DNA from: Eledone cirrhosa
Lineage: Eukaryota
DNA length: 64,000 nt
Assembly (NCBI GenBank): GCA_964016885.1
Contig: OZ024740.1
Location: 350,982,001 to 351,046,000, forward strand
Direction: 5' to 3'
Shown here: one piece after another, positions 52,591-64,000 of the stretch
How the letters are laid out: every line of letters starts with the position of its first letter
Numbering within the stretch: the stretch's first letter is position 1
Notes under the pieces: model-generated
Database searches by the model: none
Seen by the model: only the letters and a program-made list of their open reading frames with translations
What the model was told of the DNA's origin: nothing
Position numbers and translations under genes: made by a program

Positions 52591-53566
52591 CGCAAGCAAT
52601 TTTGATATGCGCAGCCGTGTTGTATGTGAAATGAAGACCGGCTAGAATTTACGAACGACATCGTATAAAGATATTGTCCGATGATATATATTATATTAAT
52701 TTTGTAGTAAACTGCATCTTCATAATTCAGACACATTGTTATCTTTATTATATTTTTCGCAGCGCAAGAATACGGAGACTGCTGCATTGTTTCTCATGTT
52801 AAGGTGAGAGAACAGGAAAGGACACAACCCAAATTGAATCACGATGCAACCAGGAAGCGCCTTGGTGCTCGCCCAGTACCTCCAATAATTCAGTTCCAAT
52901 TCAGAGATGATGGTACCGTAATTCTCCTTGGTTTCAAAGGCAACCACTTGAAATGGCCGAGTATTTTCATTAAATCATTACTTGATGTGGATTGCAGCTG
53001 CATTTACCCCCGTTACATATTAGACCACGTGTGGTTTGGAGAAGGTATCGACAACTTTGTGTTCCATTCACAACATTTTCTCTTTCCACGATAAATATGT
53101 CATGCTGTTCGACATGAGCTTATCGTTAAGGTTAAATCCCAATGGTCACACAATGTTGCCGTTTCTAAATTGAGAGAGGTCGAGCTTAATTATATTATTT
53201 ACCACTGTATATCTTGTTAGCCTGATGTTGTTAGATCTACAAGACACGTAATAGAATATAGAGTGGTCAATGAATGTCTCGCACTTGCACTATATATAAT
53301 CTCATATTTCGGTAAACAAACGAATTGCAATGAAGATACGCTTTTCATTGGATCTAAGGAGATTCCCGGCAGATGGTGAAAGAAAGCATTAATTTGGGTT
53401 CTTGATCCAGGTGATCTAGCTGAGAGTATTTGGTTACTGTCATATTGCTCAATCTCATTAAATGACAAACCAACTGCATTAATCTAATTCTAATATTAGT
53501 GTGCTGTTGTAGCATACCTGAAGCATTTGAAATATAATCACAATGATACAAGTAAAAATAATTCCA

Positions 53567-56500
53567 ACCTAAATTCCAACCCCTCCTCAACGTGGCAGGG
53601 CGATGAAAACGGGTAGTGTCAGAGCTATGCCGTCGGGAACTTCGGTTCCTAGTAGGGCCGCCGAAAGCGGATTGGTCTGGCACCCAGCGGTATTAGGGCC
53701 GCAAGCTGGCAAAAGGTTCTCTGGTGAAAATCCAAGAGGTGTCTATTCCGGTAACCGGCGGCTTCGGGTCGTTTCTGTCCCTGCGTCTGTGGAGAATCTG
53801 CGGCAAACAGGACGTTTTTTCCACTCGTTCGGGATATACATGCGGATTTTTTGGGGGACCGCTTGTGAATTCACTACTCCCATGAATCACACTTCTTCCA
53901 TGAATCCTACAAATACGAACTATGAATACGAATTGCCTTCCCGCTACGAACGCAATGCAAAGCAACAGCGCTCCTACCGCTATGGCTCTACAGACTATTC
54001 CCGCAGTAGTCCCGCTCTTCAGACGAAGGAAGAAATTGAAGGTGGCGTGCTGGAACGTCCGAACACTTCGTGACGACGGTGTCCATGGACTTACAATGAA
54101 GGCTCTGCACAGGTACTGCGTTAGTGTAGTTTGTCTTTCAGAAGTTCGACTTCCCGATGTTGGTCATCTTCCGATCAAAGTTCCTGGGGAGGGCATCTCC
54201 TACCACTTGTACCATAGTGGCGTGACTGACAACAGTGGCCATCAGGGGTAGCGCTCAGCCCCGACGCGCAAGCGGCTCTGCTGGTGTGGCAGCCGATCTC
54301 ACACCGACTCGCGCTGGTTCAATTGAAGGGTCAAATCTCCAACGTCAGCGTAATTGCCGTCTACACTCCCACGCTCAATGCGGACGAGGCCGACAAGACG
54401 CAGTTCTATGCCGATCTCCAAACAACCGAGGATGGCGTCCCCTCCAGTGATGTTCTCATTGTCGCTGGGGGGTGGAATGCGCGGACGGGGCCGGCTGATG
54501 ATACAACGCGGCATATTTTGGGACGCTTCGCCCTAGGCGTACGCTGTGACAATGGTGAACGGCTCGTGTCCTTCGCGGATGCCAATCGTCTTATCGTCAC
54601 CAACACCCGGTTCCAACTTCCTCGGCGTCACCTCGTCACGTGGCGATTCAATGACGGAAGAACGGCCAATCAGATTGACTACATCCTGGTCAGATCTCGG
54701 TGGGCCAGCTCAGTGATGGACTCGCGTGCGTGTCGGTGGGAGGCGGGGGGGGGGGGCTGATACGGGCAGTGAACATGGGTCAGACAATGCTCTTGTTCGA
54801 GCAACCCTTCGTCTGCCGCTGCAGGCGAAACCTCCTCCTAACCGCCAGAAAAGGATCGACATCTCGCCACTCAAGCTCGATGCTGGAAATGCTTTCCGGC
54901 TAGAGCTGCGAAACCGATTCCAAATGCTGAGTAATGAAGTGGAACAGCAACCGGAGCAGGAGTGGAACGCGCTCAGGGCGGCGACGGTTGAGGTGGCCAG
55001 AGAGCAGTCGGGTCGACCCAAAGACGCCATCGGGACTGGATCTCTGGCGGCACTCTTGAACTCGCGGAGAGGGCGAGAGTGGCCCGACTCGAGGGTGCAC
55101 CCAATCTTCGAGATCTCCGATGTCGCACATCTGGGGCTATTCGGGCCGATCGGAATGCACACTGGTGCGAGTTTGCGGAGCAGACAGAGAGGCCAGCAGC
55201 CTGTGGTGACTCGCGCAAGCTCTACCAGCTGGTGAAGCGGGCCAGCCGAAGCAGTACAGGTATCAGCGAGACGATCCGTGATCGGAACGGGGCGGTCATT
55301 AGCAATCTTAATGACTGGCTAGTCCGATGGCGGAACCATTTCTCCGAGCTCCTCAACGACCAGCCACCAGCCATGTCAACCTACGTGCAGCCTTCCGGAG
55401 AAGAATACGGGTGCAGCACTGCCCCTCCAACGGTCGAGGAGGTACGTAGTGTCCTGACAGATCTCCGGAACAACAAGGCGCCGGGAGAAGATGGCGTTTC
55501 AGCTGAGATCTACAAGGCCGAGCCTGATGTCTTCGCAGCTTGGCTCCATCGAGTCTTCTTGTGAGGGCGACGGAGCGATTCCCTGGCGACAACCCTTCTA
55601 CCCTTCTTCAAAAAAGGCGACAGGAAACTGTGTTCCAACTACAGGGGTATCAGTTTAATTGACGTTGCTGCCAAAACCTTCGCAATTCTTCTGGTGAAGA
55701 GGTTCCAAGCTATCCGTGATGTCCGTACCCGTCCTTCTCAGGGCGGCTTCCGTCCGGGGATGGGGTGCGTTGATCAAATCTTCATTCTCCGGTGTGTCCT
55801 GGAACAACGGTGGGCACATCAACAGCCTACCGTCCTCTGCTTCATCGACTTTGCAGCTGCCTTCGACTCGGTAGATCGGCAAGCCCTATGGCGTATAATG
55901 CAGGCTGACGGCATCCCAGTGAAGCTGCTTCGTCTCATACAAGACTAGTACCGGTCGACTCGGGCTCGAGTGAGGGTCTATGGTGGGGAGACGGAGTCGT
56001 TCGATGCTGGGACCGGTGTTCGGCAGGGGTGTGCGCTATCGCCAACTCTCTTTAACTACGCCATTGACTACACTCTCAGCACAGCGCTCCGCGATTACCC
56101 GGGCGTAGAGGACGGGAGAAGGGTCGTGGTGACGGACCTGGCCTACGCGAATGACATCGTGCTGATGGGCGCTAACGGGACAGATGTACAAGGTGCTCTC
56201 GAAAGTGTGCACACTGCAGCCGCCGCTATTGGTCTACTAATCAATGCCGCCAAGTCGAAAGTCATGACGTCACTGGTCTCGCCTGGCAGCCGATATCTCT
56301 CGAGGGCGTGGACCCGGAGGATGTGGAGTCCTTCGTTTACCTGGGCTCAACAGTGGTTCCAACGGGACAGGGCGCAGCCGAGGTTAAGCGTCGCATAGGT
56401 GCTGCCAGATCCGCTTTTGTGGGACAGAAGAGAGATCACCTCGGCGAACAAGGGGCGAATCTACCAGGCCGTCGTTCGCACTATCCTCCTCTATGGCTAT

Positions 56501-56994
56501 GAAACATGGCCTATGAGGGTTCGATCAACGAGGGCTGGAGGTCTTCGACAATGATTGTCTCCCCCGCATTCTTCGCTGCCGACGCGTTGATCGGGTACCT
56601 ACCACCAGTATTCGTCTTCGCCTGAATCTTCGACCCCTTCCTTCAGTGCTTCTGCAACGGCGCTTGAGATGGTTTGGTCAAGCAGCCCGGCGCCTTGAGG
56701 GTGAGCTGATCCACAATGTTCTCCTCCCACCTTCACTCCCTAAATGGCGCAAGCGCGTTGGCGCGCAGCTGAAGACCTGGGCAACGACGATCAAGGAGGA
56801 CCTCTCTGAACTCTCAGGTCCGCAGGTGGTCGGCCTGCGCCGATGGAACCGTGACTGGCTCGCTATCTCCAGTGACCTAGCCCGGGACCGTCGTGCGTGG
56901 GCTACCATGGTTCGGGATGCCGTCAGGACAAGGGAAGAAGCTGGCTCAACCCGTCCAGGGTGAATGTCGACACAAGTACAAGTACAAGTAAGTC
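53567..56994 (+). mobile_element. Near full-length RTE LINE (SR2-like), APE + RT, frameshifted; (CAAGTA)n tail
   Basis: WNVRTL; CLSEVR; VIAVYTPT; GGWNARTG; NQIDYILV; KAPGEDG; QGGFRPG; FIDFAAAFDSVDR; GVRQGCALSP; DLAYAND; GSTRPG*; candidate TSD AAAATAATT(C/A)CA 53555-53566 / 56995-57006. Confidence 0.95.
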
Positions 56995-57052
56995 AAAATA
57001 ATTACAGTTATGTTCCGAAATACGTATACGTACACGTACACGTACACATATG

Positions 57053-57136
<84 letters not shown>

Positions 57137-59674
57137 TCAGGCACACATATATAAGGTGGGTAAAATATATTTTATGAATATGTAGCTTTTATTAGAACTT
57201 ATAGATAATATATATTTTCTCTCTATTTTAACAGTGATGTGATCGTTTTCATTACGCTTCTTTGATTATATCTAATATACATATATTACTTTTAAAAATT
57301 AAATGAGAATTCAGAACACCCTTGAGCCTCAGAATTGCAAGTCGATTGAAATAGCGTACCACAGAAGCCAACTTAACTAACAGAATATCAATCTTGGTAA
57401 GCCTCTTCAATATACATTCATGTATGCAAGAATGTATGAGTGCATGCATGTAAATATGCATGTATGTATGTACGTACGTACGTATGTATGTATGCATTTA
57501 TGTGTGTGTGTATGTATTTATGTATACATATATGTATGTATACATGTATGTATATGTTGCCGCTTTTTGAATGGATTATGTACACCATTAAATAAGAAAA
57601 TAGATGAGGAAGATAGTAATGTCATTATTTTCTCAATATTGTTTCTATTAGTGATTATTCATTAGATCGTTATTGATTATGCTAATATGCCTATCTAAAG
57701 TTCTCGGATTGTAGAATTACCTTATTTAAGAAATCAGATCTTGTGACGCTTTGTAACAGACCGGTTGTTATATCGTCTATTATTCAAATAAACATTTGGA
57801 AAAAATTGAATTCATATTTTACCGTAATCGAACACTTTTGATCAGTTGTTTATATATATCACCTTTTTTCTGTATGTGTTTTTAAGAATATTAGTAAAAA
57901 GTTGACTGCGACTTCCAAAACAGAACATTTTATTGTATTTTCCAAGCAATATCAGTAAAGTTGCAGTTGAGATTATTCCCTGATGCTTTTTTTACGTTAT
58001 GCCAATATTCTTATAGAGTTTACATTCTAATTTTCAATATTGTCCATATTCTATTGTGTGTGTTTAATGGCTTCTTCGGAGAAAGAAAGGCACTGTCTAT
58101 TACTCCTTTCAGGTCTCTATAACACATAAGCAAAAATAATCCTCAGTTTGGAACCGTGTGGAAAGGCGCCCACGAGTCAGATGTTCAACCTGGTTAAAGA
58201 CTAATTCTACCACACACGAACAGAAACACCCCAACTCCGCCGGACTTCTAAACAGATTCCTTCTAATAAATTTCACTCACATGGCTTAATAACCAAATCT
58301 GTGGTAGAAGTAATAAGCAGTGAGATTGAATTTGATATCATATATAGTTGTGAAGTGAGCTTTCTGGCCACACGATAGTATCTACGCTGTATATACCTGT
58401 AATTGACATTACTATCAGCCTTCTAACAATATATTCTATATATTGCCTCTTACAATGTATAGCTTTGGAAATATGATACATTAGGGATCGTGCTAGAGGG
58501 TGAAATGAAGGAATGAAGTGGAATTTAATGGAGATTTACGTTGCTAGATAGTTTTAAAGAGCAGAAGTCATTGAAGTAGTGGAAAAGAGAAACTGAAAAA
58601 CAGTGCATTTGAGTTATCTGTTGTAAAGGGTTAATGAGCAAATATTTTCCAATCAACCTAAGGACATGTTCTTTGATGCTTCCTAAGTTGTGTGTTTTAT
58701 TATGTAGCAACAACACTCTACCATAAATGTGAACAGTACTCTTATGCTAGTCATTCTTGAGATTTGTAAAGGTCAATATTTGATCATTGATTAAGTATAT
58801 TCTGGACCTAGAAAGACTGACAGTTTTTCGGATTCAGCTTTAACAATGTCATAAATGAATTGTTGATATAAGAGATTATAAATTATTTGAGAACAATCAT
58901 TTACCTGTATATAGTTTTTTAGTAGAATGATTGGTCATATATCTTATCATTGTTGAAGAGGATTTAGCTTGTATTCCCTGTTGCAGGATACTTCAAAATC
59001 ATTGTTTATAGTAGTGCTAATCTAACAAGATACGTCCAGATTACATTCGGATGATTCACGAGTTCGGGAATTTCCAGTGATATAAGCGGGAGCTGAAGCA
59101 CACCAGAGAAGGATTATTCTTTTTTTTTCTATGCACTTCATAACGATATAACATCTAAACAAATATTGCCAATAGCATCTATGTCTGGGATTAAAAGCTC
59201 ACATTTGTGACACAACTAGCTATTTCTAAAATTGCTAAACTAATGCACTGTATTGTACACTGCATATAGTAAAATACTGCTTGATGATAGATACGCTGTT
59301 TCAGTTTACTGCTTACACGATTTGCAATTTATACAAACAAATCAAACAGATATTTTACGCTTCTAAAGATACAATACTTGCAGAATTACTGAACTGCAAT
59401 GAAACGTTTGATATAAACCTGGCATTTATCTAAATTATTACGATTCATAGAACAAAAATAAATGATTAATTAAAATGAAAGGCTAGAATGAAATGAAATT
59501 TCCTGCTTCATATTTTTATTGGAATAGGAGGGCTATGAAATGAAGGAACGATAGGGCGGAAGATTAAATATATGAAACTAGGATCGAGAATATTGGTCAA
59601 ATCAGTTACAACATCCGTCCAATGTCTGCGACGATTTAGTCACAATGAGGGAAATTATTATTAGTATTAACTAA

Positions 59675-59887
59675 AGGGCAGCGGATTGGCAGCATCGGTA
59701 GAGGGCCGGGCGCCATGCTTTTTAGCGTAGAGTTACGGCCCTTTACGTTCTGAGTTCAAATCCCGCCGAGGGTAACTTTGCCTTTCATCCTTACGGGGTC
59801 CGTAAAATAAAGTACCAGTCATGCACTGGGATCGATTTAATCGACTTTCCCCTCCCCCAAAATTGCTGGCCTTGTGCATAAACCATA
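59675..59887 (+). mobile_element. Full-length tRNA-derived SINE with 15-bp TSD
   Basis: Same family as 6324-6510; TSD ATTAGTAT(T/A)AACTAA 59660-59674 / 59888-59902. Confidence 0.9.
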
Positions 59888-60039
59888 ATTAGTATAAACT
59901 AAGAATCTACAAGAGAGGTTTAGCAGTATTGTTAAAGCACCAGGCAGAATTGTTATTTTTCCATGTTATGGTGTTTGTTCTGAATTCACATTGTATTAAT
60001 GTGTATATTTCTAAAATAGTTTTTTGAAAGAATCCCTGT

Positions 60040-60965
<926 letters not shown>

Positions 60966-60966
60966 A

Positions 60967-60997
<31 letters not shown>

Positions 60998-61010
60998 TAT
61001 ATATAATATA

Positions 61011-61300
61011 ATAATACAACGATGATTTGTTAAGCCTTGATTATGTTTATTGATTGGTGACGCGCGTTTCGCTATTGATCAACTCAAGGTTCGATCTGTA
61101 ACGATCTGGCCCGCCCGACTCTGGAATCAAAAGCTCATCGGGCCTCTGCTGTCATTACAACAGCAGCGGTCCGACAAGCTTTTGATTCCAGAGTCGGGCT
61201 AGATCGATACAGATCGAACCTTACGCTGATCAATAGCCAAACGCACGTCACCAATCAATAAATGTAATGAAGGCTTAACAAATTGTTCTTGTATCATTAT
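61011..61300. mobile_element. Family N fold-back element carrying an extended-stem-II hammerhead-like motif (61056-61144, minus)
   Basis: Arms 61011-61144 / 61168-61300; reverse complement GGC-CCGATGA-GCT...AGC-GAAA-CGCGCG-TC-ACC. Confidence 0.8.
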
Positions 61301-62051
61301 TTATACATATATATAAAACTAAAGTTGTCTGTGTGTGTGTGTGTGTGTGTCCTAATTTTGGAAAGTCTATACAAATCTACATTTCTACTCCGATTGACTT
61401 CAAACTTGCATTTATATATTCCTTGCGGTCTAAAGATATTAACTGCAGCTTTTATTTTTCAAATTTCTGTTGTTAAAGCCGTTTTTTCTTATCACTAAAA
61501 CATTGAGCCCTTTTTGTCAGTTCGGAAATTTTGTCTACAATGTTTAGTATTTTGAAAGTGTTTCCTCTCTTTATAGACTATATTATCCCTACTTAAACGT
61601 ACATACCTTGAACTTGTTGATGGTGACCCCAATAGCAACTCCGAGGCGTTCGGCATCCGATATAACAGTTCGGTCTATATCAGATTGGATAGATTTTTGT
61701 AACCTTAAAGTATCCAACTAAATTCCTTTATGCTCTCCACCATTGCAGTCCCACATGCTTACTGCTCTGTAACTTTCATTGTACCATAGCACAACAAATG
61801 CATGTTCGGTTTGTCGAATGCCTTTTTACTTAACCCTATCGTCTTGGATTTCGTGAGTTGAACATTTTACTCTCAGGCACTCAATTAAGTTAAAACCCTG
61901 GTAATCTACGACGATTTTTTTTATAAGCACAAAATGTAGACATCATCCCCAGGCCGAGGTATTCCGTACTTCTCTATACTGTTTCAGAAAGGAGGGATAA
62001 ACATGCCAATCTATGTTCAGAAGCCCGAGCAACGCCGGGCCATTCTGCTAG
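61301..62051 (+). mobile_element. Non-autonomous Helitron
   Basis: 5' TATAAAA..GTTG..(GT)n..CCGATTGACTTCAAACTT; 3' GCCCGAGCAACGCCGGGC then CTAG|T; exact 5' end uncertain. Confidence 0.75.
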
Positions 62052-62230
62052 TTAGCAGTATCGGTGGAGGGTCGGACGCCATGCTTTCCAGCATAGTTAC
62101 GTCCCATTACGATCTGAGTTCAAATCCCGCCGAGGTTGACTTTGCCTTTCATCCTTACGGGGTCAATAAAATAAAGTACCAGTAATGCACTGGTTAATTG
62201 CTGGCCCTGTGCCTAAAGTAGAAACAATTA
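62052..62230 (+). mobile_element. SINE (same family as 6324-6510), 5' slightly truncated
   Basis: GCAGTATCGGT..CTGAGTTCAAATCCCGCCGAGGTTGACTTTGCCTTTCATCC..GTGCCTAAAGTAGAAACA. Confidence 0.88.
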
Positions 62231-62340
62231 TTATATTATTATATTACACTCTATCTTGCTCTACACCTCGCCACTGACGTGAACCTAAACATCGAGTGCT
62301 CACCTGGGTGAACCTACAGTAACTTTACGTTAAACTCCCT

Positions 62341-62403
<63 letters not shown>

Positions 62404-62435
62404 CACTTGCCGCCATTCACTCACACACACTCACA

Positions 62436-62550
<115 letters not shown>

Positions 62551-63076
62551 CGACATTTGGTTTGTTTACGAAGCATTGGGGAAATTCAAAAATAACCACT
62601 TTTTGGAAAGCCGCCACAATACAAATAATTATAAATAAATAATTGAAAAAGTCGGATAAAGTATCCTTAGAGACAGTTAAAATTTATCAGAAACGCCTGT
62701 TGTTTATGATATAGAATTTAGTTTTTCTTTTAAGCTAAAGAGTATTAATGACCACTGAAATCTAACTTTCTAAAAAATATTTCCAGAGTTTCTATTGATT
62801 TTCATTTTTAACAAAACATTTTGAAAGACGATATGACGAGTAAAAAAAAGATTTGAAGAAGTAATATTTCAGTGAGAGAAATAATTCATCGGATACAACT
62901 ATGGCTTTGGGGTTAATAAGTTCCCTTCGCAACTTGGTAGTTTCGTTCAGACCCTGCTGAATAATACATTGACTAAGTTTCTTCAACTAAAACATTGAGC
63001 TAACAAATACCTTGTGAATGAAATGTAGAAGAAAACGAAGGAAGCCCATCATATATATATATGTGTGTGTGTGTGA

Positions 63077-63108
<32 letters not shown>

Positions 63109-64000
63109 GGGGAGGGGAGAGAGAGATAGAGACCCTGTGTGAGTGCCAGAGAGAAAGTGAGAGACTATCTGTGTGCCTGTGTGAGAAGAAGAGAGAGAAA
63201 GTTAGAGAGACAGTGAGGGAGAGATCATTTGTGTGCATGCACATGTGTGTATGTGTTGTGTGTATGTGTGCGTATACGCGTGTCTTCCTCTGTGTTAATG
63301 TGTATGGTTATAAGCCGCTATAATTATCCTGTAGTATTGAAGAACATAAAAGGAGTATGAACAAACTTAGGTCAAGTTAGCCATTCTATAACTAGAGATC
63401 GATAAAATGAGTACTATAATAATTAGTCAAGTCGATATTATTGACTGAAATTATTTAAAGTGCGGTCTCGCCATGAGTGCAGTCAAATGACTTAAATAAA
63501 TACAAGTATAAAAAGAAAATAGTATATAGTATATTGACAAAACTAAGTTTGATCCGAAGAAAACACAAATATTTTTCTAATATTTGACCCAAATTATTGA
63601 GATTTCTAATTTCTTTTTAATGTATGTGTGTGTGTGGGGTGGGGTGTGTGTGTGTGGGGGGGGGGGGGGGGGGGTGATTGCGTATGCTTTGCTTTTATTT
63701 TTATTTTTTTATTTCTATTTATTATTTATTATTTCTTTCCGTGCTCTCTTTCATTGCTCTCAATTACTCAAATCTCAATTCTGCTTGACCTATTACACTT
63801 TCGTTTTCGATTGCTACTTGTTTGTTGCCTAGCAACACCAGGATAATTTTATAAACTTGGATTTATGCATTGATCTGATTTGGCTGATTCTGGACTATTT
63901 TACAAAGTGCCAACATCTTATCTTTCATTTCAATTCTCATTGATTTCGGAATATTTAGATGAAGAAATATCAGATTGTTTACTTTCCTGCGCTTCTTTGT

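Noticed and set aside
52600-53160. Possible DNA transposase relic
   Set aside because: No convincing catalytic motif or TIR could be read

Overview
AT-rich, microsatellite-saturated animal DNA. The SINE families and (TA)n/(CA)n density are most consistent with an octopus (cephalopod) genome; this is an inference from recalled repeat families, not a search. No host protein-coding exon is recognisable. The window is a mosaic of transposons: several Penelope-like elements (PLEs; one Neptune-type RT+GIY-YIG copy, Naiad-type copies, GIY-YIG remnants), a decayed hAT with TIRs and 8-bp TSD, two RTE LINE families, a CR1-like 3' end, two non-autonomous Helitrons, tRNA-derived SINEs and a MITE. A TE-poor, CpG-containing putative promoter lies near 40.4 kb. 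The most striking pattern is about 12 fold-back insertions from about 10 unrelated families. They sit in or beside (TA)n tracts and share one architecture: head-to-head inverted pLTR arms, usually a single-sided tail, and often a hammerhead-ribozyme (HHR) core. Several cores are U3-A8 compensatory or extended-stem-II variants. Coordinates were read by eye and are approximate to a few bases; identity values are visual estimates.
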